This document shows positions 28,074 to 37,994 of a DNA stretch of 64,000 nucleotides, in pieces. The first letter of the stretch is position 1. The number at the start of each line of letters is the position of its first letter. Both the position numbers and the translations under genes were made by a program. The notes beneath the pieces were generated by a model that saw nothing but the letters and a program-made list of their open reading frames with translations, made no database searches and was not told the origin of the DNA. The DNA comes from a virus (taxonomy: Duplodnaviria > Caudoviricetes), in the IMG/VR virus record IMGVR_UViG_3300010429_000387, positions 288,001-352,000 of that record; one strand, written 5' to 3'.

Positions 28074-28529
28074 ATGGCTAACCCTGTAGGAGTCCACGGT
28101 ACTTTCCTTGGTCGGTCGGTGACTGACCAGCAAAAAGCCCTTTACGAGAGCACCTCGGGCAGGGGTTTTTCCTCGAAGGAGAGGGACCCATCCCTGACCG
28201 ATGCCACCCTGATCATGGCCCTAGCCCTGGCAAAGGTGGAGGGCACCACAGTCTTCTCCCCGGTCTACATCTTCTCCCCGTCGAACATGCACCAGTGGGT
28301 GTTCGAGCGAATCCATCACTTGGCGCTCAACTTGACGGCCAGGGTCAAGGGTTCCATGGACTTGGAGAAAAAGAAGAGGTCCCTTGGGATAGCCCGACAG
28401 TGGCTCGAAGTCCTCAAGGTGGGGGCACCCAAGCTGGCAGACCTTCAGAGTGAGCCAGAGAGGTGGGTGTCCGTCGGGTACACGAAAGAGGACGCCCTTC
28501 CCGAGTGGTTCAAGAGAGCCCTGCTGTGA
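28074..28529 (+). CDS. Hypothetical protein
   Basis: ORF. Confidence 0.65.
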   Translation: MANPVGVHGTFLGRSVTDQQKALYESTSGRGFSSKERDPSLTDATLIMALALAKVEGTTVFSPVYIFSPSNMHQWVFERIHHLALNLTARVKGSMDLEKKKRSLGIARQWLEVLKVGAPKLADLQSEPERWVSVGYTKEDALPEWFKRALL

Positions 28530-29590
28530 ACCAGAAGGACCCGAAGAAGTTTCCGATGCAGGTTGCGAACGAAGTGCATCGGATGATGGTGGGTGAGATC
28601 CCAGAAAACTACTGCCCCCCAGTCATGAGCAACGACCAGCTCATGGGACTCGGGAAGATGATCTGGGAGCACACTTACAAGCTAACCCAGCGGGATGATG
28701 ACGCCTTCAACCTGGCATTCAACCTGGCTGAGGCTCTTACCAGGGTGAACCCGGATATGGGTTTGGCCTATCGGTCTGCCCTTGTCATCCCCCATGAACA
28801 GATGAGGATCATGTGGGCAGCTCGTTGGGTAGATCAGGGTTGCCCCAGGTTCGTGGTGGATGGGCCATTCGCTGCCCTCCTCATGTCCACGGACGCAGGT
28901 CCCGAAGTAGCTGAACTGGTGGTACCACCCTGGAAGGCATTCCTCATCGAGATCCCCTTGGGGATTCTCCCCTGTCACAACGACAGGACTGGGAAGACCG
29001 TCTATCTTCGGAGAGTCTTCGCCCAACACGTTATCACAACGGATGGGAATCCCGTGTGGAATCTTGTTGCAGAGGGAGAGGATGGGCTCCAACTGTGGCG
29101 TCATGGGGTTCGCACTGAACAGCTCCTCTACGTTGACAAGGGGGACGCCTGGCAGAAGGAGGACGCTTCTGAGTTCCTTCAGGATATGGAGTCACAGGAT
29201 GAGCGAAACCTGCTGATGGTTGGACGGCTCATTGTGTCCATGTGCCTCTCCCTAAGCGACCCCACCGTCCAAAGGGAGCAGAAGAAGACGAAGGGCAGGG
29301 GTGCCAGCAAGTTCCGGCTCAACAAGGACGGACCCGAGATTCGGACGTTCGTGATCGGTAGGCCAGTCAGTATCGACTGTCGTCAAACCGTTCGGGACTA
29401 TGTTGAGGGCAAGAAGCGTGGAGGTCGAGTCACCGTCCAGTTCTTGGTTCGGGGTCACTGGCGTAACCAGCCCCATGGGCCTGGGAACTCGCTCCGGAAG
29501 GTCATCCACATTGAGCCCTATTGGAAGGGACCCGAGGACGGGAAGCTGGTGGCAAAAGCCATGAACGTGACAGGTGGTGTAGGTAGGTGA
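28526..29590 (+). CDS. Phage hypothetical protein with VRGHWRNQ C-terminal domain
   Basis: VRGHWRNQPHG...HIEPYWKG. Confidence 0.75.
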   Translation: MNQKDPKKFPMQVANEVHRMMVGEIPENYCPPVMSNDQLMGLGKMIWEHTYKLTQRDDDAFNLAFNLAEALTRVNPDMGLAYRSALVIPHEQMRIMWAARWVDQGCPRFVVDGPFAALLMSTDAGPEVAELVVPPWKAFLIEIPLGILPCHNDRTGKTVYLRRVFAQHVITTDGNPVWNLVAEGEDGLQLWRHGVRTEQLLYVDKGDAWQKEDASEFLQDMESQDERNLLMVGRLIVSMCLSLSDPTVQREQKKTKGRGASKFRLNKDGPEIRTFVIGRPVSIDCRQTVRDYVEGKKRGGRVTVQFLVRGHWRNQPHGPGNSLRKVIHIEPYWKGPEDGKLVAKAMNVTGGVGR

Positions 29591-29599
29591 GGATGCCGA

Positions 29600-30169
29600 A
29601 TGGTTCTGACAGCCATACAAGACCTGGAGGAGTTCTGGGATGCGGTCAAAGTGGACCGGGTCCAAGTTCGCCCAGAGGAAGCTGACGGACCTGAGACGGT
29701 CATAGACCGAGCCTTGTCTAGGCTTAGCCGGGATCTCCCGGAAATTCTCACGAAAGAGCACACCGGCAAGTCCTTTCAGGTGCCCGAGCACCTGACTGAG
29801 ATCCTGGTGACCTTTGCCAGAGAGCTACTTCACAACCTCTATCTGGAGCAACAGAAGCAGGATGTTAGCGTATTGATTCAACTATTCCTTGAGGTACCGG
29901 GTCTTCCGGCCCTCGATGTGAAGGGTTTCGTTCGGACACTCCCACAAGACCTTCTGAACAGGATCCTAGTACGTCTGGAAGAGCGACGTAGAAGGACTGG
30001 TCTCCAGGCTCTACTGAGCATTGAGGCCATGTGGAGGGATAGATCCCTACACCAGGACTACGAAGTGCAGAAGGATACGGACGGAAAGTTGGTCATCACA
30101 TTCTTCCCCTTGGAGCATCCAGGGCCATTGAGCTTCCGTTTGAGAGAGCTGTTCGTAGGTGAGAGATGA
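29600..30169 (+). CDS. Hypothetical protein
   Basis: ORF in operon. Confidence 0.65.
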   Translation: MVLTAIQDLEEFWDAVKVDRVQVRPEEADGPETVIDRALSRLSRDLPEILTKEHTGKSFQVPEHLTEILVTFARELLHNLYLEQQKQDVSVLIQLFLEVPGLPALDVKGFVRTLPQDLLNRILVRLEERRRRTGLQALLSIEAMWRDRSLHQDYEVQKDTDGKLVITFFPLEHPGPLSFRLRELFVGER

Positions 30170-31118
30170 GAACCCAAGACCCCAGAGGAGGATAGCCATG
30201 GAGTCTGCTATCGAGGAGTATTGGGTCGATTTACGGCGTGGGCGATCCAAGGCAAAGCGTCTTGCACCTAGCTTCTGTTCCCCCGCCATGTTGAGCCCCC
30301 TAGTTTCATGGGCCAAGCAGCTCTACCAGCCAGACCGGGTGACTACTCAAGTTCTTCCTGGGGACTACAGGGAGGGCTCACTGAAGCTCATCATCGACGA
30401 ACTTCCACAGGAAGTCCTGGTTCGAGCTGGCTCACTTCAACGTGGGGATGACCCGATGAAGATGGTCCTGCATACGATTCGGGATATGAAGGTACCATCC
30501 AGGAACCGAACTATGTCCCAGTTCGAGTTCCTCCCGCCGCACCCAGCAGAGAACCCCTTCGGGTGGGACCTCCTCTGGTGTCTTGTAGCTTGCAACGAGG
30601 TTACCCTCCCGGCACACCTCCGAGACCTCGTGAATCGGAGATCCAGGATGTCCGATTTCTATCGAGCCCTCGTTGAGATTCGGTTCGAGGCGCGAGAGAA
30701 GCACTTCTTTCCAGCCATCGAAGAGAACGTCATCGCCCTCAGCCAGTGGGTAGAGGGACAGTACAAGGAAGATGATGATCACCTCTCAGCCTTGCTTCAG
30801 AAGGCCAACATCAAGTCACCTGTTCGGACAGAGGAGCGGTTCGAGCTTCTCCTCTTCATCCTTACCCTTGCTCAGCACAATCGGCTCCTTGATGACCTCA
30901 TTGTCTACCTTGACCAACTGGACCAGCTATCCACAGATGGCTGCGAGCAGTTGCTCAAGATGGTCGGGGCGGTAGACCGATGGGCGCACTACGGCTGTCC
31001 GATGAATCTTCTTCTAGGGTGGAGGGGATCGAAAGAGGACTTGAGGATGCTCCGAAGTCAACACGCACGCCTTGCCGCTCGTCTTCGAGAGGGCATGGAG
31101 TGGACCCAGAGGGTGTGA
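30159..31118 (+). CDS. Hypothetical protein
   Basis: ORF in operon. Confidence 0.65.
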   Translation: MRDENPRPQRRIAMESAIEEYWVDLRRGRSKAKRLAPSFCSPAMLSPLVSWAKQLYQPDRVTTQVLPGDYREGSLKLIIDELPQEVLVRAGSLQRGDDPMKMVLHTIRDMKVPSRNRTMSQFEFLPPHPAENPFGWDLLWCLVACNEVTLPAHLRDLVNRRSRMSDFYRALVEIRFEAREKHFFPAIEENVIALSQWVEGQYKEDDDHLSALLQKANIKSPVRTEERFELLLFILTLAQHNRLLDDLIVYLDQLDQLSTDGCEQLLKMVGAVDRWAHYGCPMNLLLGWRGSKEDLRMLRSQHARLAARLREGMEWTQRV

Positions 31119-31474
31119 TGGTTGACCGCCATCGTATATTCGGGGACTACCTCCGAAAGGCCAGAGAGAAGAAGGGGGTGACCCTTTCGGCCCTTGCTCG
31201 CCTCCTCGGGTGCTCGGTACCCTATCTTTCAGACGTGGAGACCGGAAGACGGAACCCCCTGACCGAGAAGAAGCTGGTACAAACGGCTGAGTTCCTCGGA
31301 CTTCAGCCAGAGAGCCTCAAGATCAAGGCTGCCATGAGCCTTGGTCAGTTCAACCTGCCTGCTGGGTCCCCCAAGGCTGACCGCCTTGCCGTCAAACTAG
31401 CCAAGGCATGGCCGGACCTGGAAGAGGAAGACCTTCAGGCCATCGAGAAAATCATCGAGAAGGTTTCTGCGTGA
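31118..31474 (+). CDS. XRE-family HTH regulator
   Basis: FGDYLRKARE.KG.TL..LA..LG.S..YLSDVETGRR. Confidence 0.88.
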   Translation: MVDRHRIFGDYLRKAREKKGVTLSALARLLGCSVPYLSDVETGRRNPLTEKKLVQTAEFLGLQPESLKIKAAMSLGQFNLPAGSPKADRLAVKLAKAWPDLEEEDLQAIEKIIEKVSA

Positions 31475-31965
31475 TTTGCATTGACCTTTCCCAGGTCGAG
31501 GCCCGAATAGACCTGGCACCTGCCTCGAAGGTGCCCTTGGTCATTCTTGGGTGTGGCCCGGAAGAGGTCTGGAAGCCGGGGCTCTTCAAGGTCCTGAAGG
31601 AGCCGACCCGAAGGTGGAGAGTTGCCTGCAACTTCACTGCGGGTGGAATGACTGACCTGCTTCGAGTGTCTGACGGTTGCTTCTCAGCTCACTCTTTCCC
31701 CGGAGCCCGAAGGGGCAATGCCCTGGTGTTCGACTTCACCCTCACGAAGATCGGGGACACCTGGGAAGACCTCATCCTGGACATCACCAACGTCAACGAA
31801 CCCCTGAACCTCTGGGGGCTTGGGGTCCGGATCGCTCTGGAGGCGAACTCACCTTCTGTCCGGTTGACGGCCAAGGGACTCAGCCGCCAGCTCAGAGACA
31901 TCACCTGGGAAGGCGCCACCATCCCGACCACCAGGTTCGACCGACTCGATTCCATGGATCTGTAG
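31471..31965 (+). CDS. Hypothetical protein, RF-tagged (TTRFDRLDSMDL)
   Basis: GTGA overlap. Confidence 0.65.
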   Translation: MICIDLSQVEARIDLAPASKVPLVILGCGPEEVWKPGLFKVLKEPTRRWRVACNFTAGGMTDLLRVSDGCFSAHSFPGARRGNALVFDFTLTKIGDTWEDLILDITNVNEPLNLWGLGVRIALEANSPSVRLTAKGLSRQLRDITWEGATIPTTRFDRLDSMDL

Positions 31966-31985
31966 CCCTTGGTGTAGATCCTTAC

Positions 31986-32540
31986 ATGGGCGATCCCCTA
32001 GATATCGACGATTCCATCGGCCTGGATGACAACCCCCTAGCGGCCAACTTCCGAAGCACCTCGATGCTGAGGTCCAGGGAAGAGTTGGAGGCAGAGTTCC
32101 CTCGTCAGCGAAGGGACCTCAGATGCCCGGACTGTGGGGGTTTTCTGATACTGAAGGACAGCAAGTTCGGGATCTTCTACGGCTGTGAGAGTTGGCACTC
32201 GACGGGCTGTAGGGGTGCCCACAACTGCCACAAGACCACAGCAGAGCCCTTGGGCTTCCCGGCCAACGCTGAGACCCGAGCCCTCCGGAAGAAGGCTCAC
32301 GAAGCCTTAGACAAGCTCTGGAAGCGGGCCGACCAGGATGACAGGGACGAGAGGAAGGCTGGACGACCCTTGATGGACCGAAGGCAAGCCTACGACTGGC
32401 TGTCCAAGGAACTGGAGATGCGGGTGGGGGACACCCACATCTCCAGATTCACCAAGGACCAGTGCCTTGAGGTTCTCCGAATCGTCAAGCGCTTCACTGG
32501 GGAGAACACCCGCTTCGACCGAGTCCTGGAAGACGACTAG
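31986..32540 (+). CDS. DUF3268-like zinc-finger protein, RF-tagged (TRFDRVLEDD)
   Basis: CPDCG...FYGC...PLG.PA...R..AH..LD.LW...AY.WL...HI..F...QC; GGTGTA-N9-ATG. Confidence 0.75.
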   Translation: MGDPLDIDDSIGLDDNPLAANFRSTSMLRSREELEAEFPRQRRDLRCPDCGGFLILKDSKFGIFYGCESWHSTGCRGAHNCHKTTAEPLGFPANAETRALRKKAHEALDKLWKRADQDDRDERKAGRPLMDRRQAYDWLSKELEMRVGDTHISRFTKDQCLEVLRIVKRFTGENTRFDRVLEDD

Positions 32541-32707
32541 GCTGGGTACCGAGCCTCCTTCTCAGAGGCGTCCAGGCGCTCCTTCTCCCTGAAGTCTCTG
32601 GCACGCAAGGCTTTCAACGAGTCCTTGAACTCGTTGCACTTGTGCCACTTGCACAGCTTGCAGCCAGCCCTACGAGACCTAGGCTTCCCACGCTTGTGAT
32701 GTCCCAT
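32537..32707 (-). CDS. 56-aa basic CxxC protein (missed by the ORF track)
   Basis: MGHHKRGKPRSRRAGCKLCKWHK...; GGAGG RBS. Confidence 0.65.
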   Translation of the reverse strand: MGHHKRGKPRSRRAGCKLCKWHKCNEFKDSLKALRARDFREKERLDASEKEARYPA

Positions 32708-32824
32708 GATTCCTCCATTCCGGCGGAGGCGGGATGCCTCGGGTGCCGGGTGTGAGGCTCAGGGATTCTGGCGGGGTCCTGGTGTTCATGGTCCCAGCAT
32801 GACGCAACTGGGACCTCAGATCAA

Positions 32825-33472
32825 TCAGTTGACCGGACCACCCTTGGGCTCTTTCCCTGGGATGGGGATTGGGATGAGCACGGCACCCTTGAGATGTTCA
32901 CGGATGGCGGTTGTCTGCCCCATCTCCGAGAGGTTCCGGATGACCAGGCGCCCTACCCGAAGGAGGCGCTTTTCGTACTTCACCCGAGCCTTCTCGACCT
33001 CCTCAACCATGTCGTGAGCCCACTCGGGGAGTTCGGGGTCTGTCTCGTCCAGCTCATCAAGGAACCTGGACCCAAGTTCCTGAAGGAGGGCGAACCGCTC
33101 TTGGTCATCCTCGCTCTTGGTGAACCGGTCGTAGATCGAGATCATCTCCGGGGTGAACGGGTTGGTCCCGTGGTGCTCCCCGCACGAGGGGCACTTCCCA
33201 GCAGCATCACCCGCAAGGAAGTCCTTCTGGGTGGGGACCGTGGTACCGTCCGAGAAGACCTTGTCCCATAGAGCTGGGGTGGTCTCATGCAAGTGGGGCT
33301 CGACCACTCGCCCATCGGTTCGGTCCACCAGAACCCGAAGAATCGGAGCCGGACCCGCCTCGGTGACCCCAAGGGCAATGGATTGAACCACGCCCTCATG
33401 GGGGGTTGGGGCATAGGTCGAGGAACTCCTCACTCGATCACCCACTTCAATGCGAACACCCTTGTTGGTCAT
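32825..33472 (-). CDS. Hypothetical protein
   Basis: GGTGTA-N10-ATG. Confidence 0.7.
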   Translation of the reverse strand: MTNKGVRIEVGDRVRSSSTYAPTPHEGVVQSIALGVTEAGPAPILRVLVDRTDGRVVEPHLHETTPALWDKVFSDGTTVPTQKDFLAGDAAGKCPSCGEHHGTNPFTPEMISIYDRFTKSEDDQERFALLQELGSRFLDELDETDPELPEWAHDMVEEVEKARVKYEKRLLRVGRLVIRNLSEMGQTTAIREHLKGAVLIPIPIPGKEPKGGPVN

Positions 33473-33732
33473 GTCTTCACCATACACCGACGACGCTCCA
33501 TCTCCGACTTTCTGACGGATCGGAGGTCGATGTCCTTGCTTGTGAAAGGTCCTGGGTTCCTCAACTCGTAGACTTCCTGCTGGGCCACGTACCGGTCTGA
33601 AGTCTCAACGGTCTTCAGTACACGGTCGTACATCCAGAGGTAAAGGTCGTAGGCCACGATGGGGTCCTCAGGCTCCGGCTGGGCCTTCTTCCTCGAACGG
33701 GACACCCGAGGGGTGAGCTTGAGGGTCATCAC
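33469..33732 (-). CDS. Hypothetical protein
   Basis: Coupled to neighbours. Confidence 0.55.
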   Translation of the reverse strand: MMTLKLTPRVSRSRKKAQPEPEDPIVAYDLYLWMYDRVLKTVETSDRYVAQQEVYELRNPGPFTSKDIDLRSVRKSEMERRRCMVKT

Positions 33733-34433
33733 TTGCGTTGGCCTTTCTTGCCCTTGGTTGCCTTCAGGACGGCTTGCGCTTCAGCCTGGGCTCGGAGCCT
33801 GGCCCTATCAGCTTCAAACTCCTGGAGGGCCTTCTGGATGGGTTCCCGGTCCAACCTGGACTGAGCTTGGATCTCCTCCGGACTCGGAGCCTGGTACTCC
33901 GGCTTGCCCAGGATGAGACCCTTGACCCGGTTGATTTCCTCATCCGTGTGGATGGTCCCACCGGCATTCAGGTCGATGTACCACTGAAGCACCTCGGGAT
34001 AGGTTTCCAGGTCGTTGACGTGCCACTTGAAGTTGGCCTTGAGCATGTCCGGGTGGTCTGTGTAGTCCCGTCGGTAGTGCCCTCCGAAGATCGGGACCTC
34101 GTTGTTCAGGAACCCCAGGACGGCATCGAGCCTCTGTTTCCCGTCCACCAGGACGTACCAGCCCTCGGGGTAGTTCCGACCAACCCGACCCATCCGCCAC
34201 CCTGGGCAGTTGAGGTAAAGGTCCCGTCCAGTCATCCCACCCTGGAGGATGAACTCGATGTACCGAACCTTCTGCTCTGGGGTCCAGACATAGGCCCTCT
34301 GGAAGTCCGGGTTGATGTCGAGTTGGTCCTCTACAATGGCCCTCGTGTAGTGGAGGTGTAGATACTCCCAGGAGATGTCCACCGCATAGGGGGCACTCCG
34401 GGTGAACTGGGGGATGTCTTGGAAACGGGGCAT
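33729..34433 (-). CDS. DUF262 (ParB-like/GmrS-type) domain protein
   Basis: NPDFQR.YVW, IE.IL.G, VLVDGKQRL; class B promoter. Confidence 0.85.
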   Translation of the reverse strand: MPRFQDIPQFTRSAPYAVDISWEYLHLHYTRAIVEDQLDINPDFQRAYVWTPEQKVRYIEFILQGGMTGRDLYLNCPGWRMGRVGRNYPEGWYVLVDGKQRLDAVLGFLNNEVPIFGGHYRRDYTDHPDMLKANFKWHVNDLETYPEVLQWYIDLNAGGTIHTDEEINRVKGLILGKPEYQAPSPEEIQAQSRLDREPIQKALQEFEADRARLRAQAEAQAVLKATKGKKGQRK

Positions 34434-34440
34434 GGTGATC

Positions 34441-34722
34441 CTACAACGCCTGGGCGTTGAAACTTTCAACCAGGAACCGGACGGACTTCTCCAGGTTGTC
34501 GAGAGCTTCTTGTTCGGTCAGCTCCACATGAGAGTGAATCCTACCCGTCTCGAAGGTGATGTAGGCGGTCCATCCGAAGGTCGAGTGAAGGAGCCCCAGC
34601 ATGAAGGGGGTCGGGGGGTCACCCTTCCAGGACAGATGACCCCATCCGGTATAGCCCTCCTTGCACCTGAAGGGACGGCTGCGCCCCATGAAGTTGAAAA
34701 GCTCGACCCTACCGGTTGTCAT
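34441..34722 (-). CDS. Hypothetical protein
   Basis: ATGA overlap with helicase. Confidence 0.55.
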   Translation of the reverse strand: MTTGRVELFNFMGRSRPFRCKEGYTGWGHLSWKGDPPTPFMLGLLHSTFGWTAYITFETGRIHSHVELTEQEALDNLEKSVRFLVESFNAQAL

Positions 34723-37016
34723 AGGGGGCACTTCCCGATCTGACGGTGGTACTTCTTGCAGAGGGAGACTGCCGTTGCCCACTCCTCATCGGTGAGACCC
34801 ACCTCGGTCATGACTGCAAGGGCGTGACCGGTGCTTCCGTCACCAGCGTTGAAGCCCACATCGTTCTTCTCCCGAGCACGGTCGGGGTCGAGGTCGGCCA
34901 GGGTCACGAGGGCCTTGGCAGCCCACTCCTCAGCGGCATCCTTGGCAGCCCGACGCTCGGTGATGTTGACCTGGGCACGGGCCAGGATCCGGGCACGCTT
35001 GGCCTGGCGCTTGCGCTCCTTGGTGGCCTTCTCGTTCTCGGCCCGGATACGCTCCTGGTCGGCAGCGAACTCGGTCTCCCGACGCTTGGCCTCGGCCTGA
35101 GCCTCAGCCAGCTTGCGGGCCTCCTCCTCAGCGATCCTCTGGGCAGCAGCCAGGTCCACCTCAGGGATGACGATCTCGGGGGCCACGTTGGCAGCCGCTT
35201 CGACCGAACCCCTGATGATGGTCCTCTTGGCGGAAAGAAGCTCAGTGACCCGGCGGTCGAGGAAGACGTTGCCCACCAGGGTGGTGATGCAGACGCCACG
35301 GGTCTGGCCGATACGGCAGAGGCGGTCCTCGGCCTGGGAGTTGAGGGCCGGGGTCCACTCCAGGTCCACGAAGATGGCCTGAGAGGCACGGGTCAGGGTG
35401 ATGGCAACACCCATGGCCTTGATGGTCCCGGCAACACCCTTGAGCTTGCCAGCCTGGAAGTCGTTCTCGATCCGGGTACGCTCCTCGGTGGGGGTGTCCC
35501 CGGTGATGACGGCCCAGCCAGGGCGGCTGGCAAGGAAGTCCACCGGAGCCCGGTGAGCCGAGAAGACCACGACGGGCTCTTCCTGCTCCTCGAAGGACTC
35601 CACCAGCTCCATGAGGGCCGGGATCTTGGCCTTGGCGATAGCCGCTCGGGTAGCCGACAGCTTCTCGAAGTCCCCACGGTTCATCTGGCTGAAGGAGGCA
35701 AGAGCCTTCTCGATCTCATCCGCCATGGGGCCGTACTTGGCGGAGTCTTCAGCCTTGAGCTTGGCGATGGTCTCCTCAGGGGAATCCTCGTCCAGGATCC
35801 GGGAGAACCGAGTGTAAGAGGCCAGAACCTCCTCGAACTTGGCACAGAGCTTCTTGGTGGGGCCATCCAGCTCCACCAGGACGTTCTGCCACATCTTCTG
35901 GGGCAGGTCGGGGAGGACTTCCACCTTGGTACGGCGGAGGGAGACCCGACGGATCCGCTCGGCAACCTCGGGATCGGGCTGGCCCCACTCGAAGCCACCC
36001 CAGTCACCCGGCTGGGCGTTGAAGAGGCGGAGGAAGTTGTTCCAGGAGCCGAACGCCTCACGGGCGATGTTGGCGGCCTGGAACACGTTCCACATCTCCG
36101 GGGGGCGGTTGAGGAGGGGGGTAGCCGTGAGGAGCCAGACCTTTCCGGTCTTGGAGACCTGCTCGGAGAGGGCACGGAACTTCTTGGTGCGGGCGGTCTT
36201 GGATCCCTTGAGGTTGTGGGCCTCATCAGCGATGAGGATGGTGCCCTGGGGGCACTCGGAGACAACATCAGAGAGGATGTCGTAGTTGATGATGACCATC
36301 TCGGAAGCCGAGGGCCAACGGAAGGAACCACGGCCCGAGAGGACGGTGACCTTGAGGTCGGGGCGCCACTTGGAGGTCTCACGCTCCCAGACACCCTTGG
36401 CGACGGCCGGGGCCACCACCACGACGGGGGCTCCCTCGGGGATGGAGATGAGGGTCTGGATGGTCTTCCCAAGGCCCATATCGTCGGCCAGGAGGGCTCC
36501 CGTGCGGCTGGCGAGCCACTTCACGCCCACTTTCTGGAAGGGGAAGAGCGCCAGGCCACGGGCCTGAAGAAGGGCATCCACCTTGTCGGCCCGGTCGGAG
36601 GCTTCGACGATGCCTGCCTTGAGGGAGGCGGTCTGGGCCTGGATGGAGGCGGCCAGCTCGGGGGCCATGTTGACAGCGAATCTGCTCTGAAGGAGCCTCT
36701 GAACGATGCCCACAGCCTTGTCGAGGCTGGCAACCTGAACCTTGCGAGAGGGCTCGAACCTGGAACCCTCGGTCGCCCTCCGGTAGGTGGCGAAGAGGTC
36801 GCCCCCGAGGAAGCCCGTGGGCTTGAAGACCACGGAGGAACCCTCAAGGGTGGCGCTCACCTGGGGCTTGGCGTCGGCAACGATGCCAGCGCAAGCCTTG
36901 CACTTGACCACCCACTTGCCGTAGCCACTGGGGTTGGGCTCTGCCACGCCAGCGTTGGCGGGGACTTTGGTGCCGCAGGTGATGCAGTTGTCGGGGTAGA
37001 AGTTTGAGCGTGCCAT
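34719..37016 (-). CDS. SNF2-family (SMARCAL1/HARP-like) helicase with internal RF tag
   Basis: LADDMGLGKT, DEAH, TATP, QAEDR..RIGQ; class B promoter. Confidence 0.92.
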   Translation of the reverse strand: MARSNFYPDNCITCGTKVPANAGVAEPNPSGYGKWVVKCKACAGIVADAKPQVSATLEGSSVVFKPTGFLGGDLFATYRRATEGSRFEPSRKVQVASLDKAVGIVQRLLQSRFAVNMAPELAASIQAQTASLKAGIVEASDRADKVDALLQARGLALFPFQKVGVKWLASRTGALLADDMGLGKTIQTLISIPEGAPVVVVAPAVAKGVWERETSKWRPDLKVTVLSGRGSFRWPSASEMVIINYDILSDVVSECPQGTILIADEAHNLKGSKTARTKKFRALSEQVSKTGKVWLLTATPLLNRPPEMWNVFQAANIAREAFGSWNNFLRLFNAQPGDWGGFEWGQPDPEVAERIRRVSLRRTKVEVLPDLPQKMWQNVLVELDGPTKKLCAKFEEVLASYTRFSRILDEDSPEETIAKLKAEDSAKYGPMADEIEKALASFSQMNRGDFEKLSATRAAIAKAKIPALMELVESFEEQEEPVVVFSAHRAPVDFLASRPGWAVITGDTPTEERTRIENDFQAGKLKGVAGTIKAMGVAITLTRASQAIFVDLEWTPALNSQAEDRLCRIGQTRGVCITTLVGNVFLDRRVTELLSAKRTIIRGSVEAAANVAPEIVIPEVDLAAAQRIAEEEARKLAEAQAEAKRRETEFAADQERIRAENEKATKERKRQAKRARILARAQVNITERRAAKDAAEEWAAKALVTLADLDPDRAREKNDVGFNAGDGSTGHALAVMTEVGLTDEEWATAVSLCKKYHRQIGKCPL

Positions 37017-37145
37017 GGTCTCACAACGTTTGAGGGGGCTCGGTCTTCAACCAACTACACCGAAAAAGTTGAGGCAACCTCCAGATTGCTCCGAAGGTGG
37101 CCGAAGAAGGCTACGCCCAACCCAAGCGAAGATATGAACCTTGGT

Positions 37146-37529
37146 TCAGACTACTTCTGGGCACTTTTGGTGACTCTCCTCCTTCTGGGCACTTTTGGTG
37201 ACTCTCCTCCCACGTCTCTTTGGCTTGTGGGTGGAGGTCCTACCTTTAGTTACAGTAGTCTTGGGGCGGGCCACCCTTGGGGGAGCGAGGGGGGCTGGGG
37301 GGTTCCACCAGCGCTCCTCCTTGGTGACTCGTTCCTTGGGAATTTCCTTTTCTTTTCGTAGGCAGAAGACACAGTCAACCACTCGATTCGTGGCTTCCAT
37401 GGATCTACAAGCCCCACCTCGACCACAGATGGCTGAGAGGCCGTCGTTTGTGAATCGGGTCTTGGACTCTACTTCTGCAAGGTGAACAGTTTCTCCTGGG
37501 GGGATCAAAACTCTAGCGTAGTACGGCAT
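37146..37529 (-). CDS. Hypothetical basic protein; C-terminus altered by 28-bp duplication
   Basis: H...CG...C..C motif. Confidence 0.55.
   Translation of the reverse strand: MPYYARVLIPPGETVHLAEVESKTRFTNDGLSAICGRGGACRSMEATNRVVDCVFCLRKEKEIPKERVTKEERWWNPPAPLAPPRVARPKTTVTKGRTSTHKPKRRGRRVTKSAQKEESHQKCPEVV
37154..37209. repeat. Perfect 28-bp tandem duplication
   Basis: cttctgggcacttttggtgactctcctc x2. Confidence 0.95.
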
Positions 37530-37965
37530 TTGCCTCGGGAATGTTGTTGATGTCCGTCTCGGACCAGTAGCCCCCTGGGCCAGCCCAACGAACAAGTGGG
37601 CCAGTTGGGCGGACGAACCGGCGGTTGTACCACTTCCCCTCCCAGTACGCTGGGCACCCACAAAGGAGGTGGTTCACCTTCACCTTGTAGGTTTTCCCGG
37701 CTGGTTTGGGGTCCCGCCCAATGGTCTTGACGATGACACCCTTCGAGATGGTCACTTCCATCCCTGGCTGAATTGGCAGTTCTTCATCCCGATAGGGTCC
37801 CTGAAACGTAGGTACCGGAACTCCGGATTTCCGGTCCTCGTCCCCGATGAGCCATCCCTCGTTGTACTCCGAGCCAGGCCACTCGGAGAGCTTGGGGTCC
37901 GGGTCGAGGCCCTTGAGCCCGTCCATGTAGCCTTCATGCAGCCAGTTCGAGGATCGTTCGGTCAT
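37513..37965 (-). CDS. Hypothetical protein
   Basis: Class B motif N5-ATG. Confidence 0.7.
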   Translation of the reverse strand: MTERSSNWLHEGYMDGLKGLDPDPKLSEWPGSEYNEGWLIGDEDRKSGVPVPTFQGPYRDEELPIQPGMEVTISKGVIVKTIGRDPKPAGKTYKVKVNHLLCGCPAYWEGKWYNRRFVRPTGPLVRWAGPGGYWSETDINNIPEANAVLR

Positions 37966-37994
37966 GGTAGTACAACGTTTGGGTTGCCCCTAAC

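Noticed and set aside
33729-34433. Complete GmrSD/Dnd defence system
   Set aside because: DUF262 stands alone, with no adjacent DUF1524/HNH partner or dnd genes
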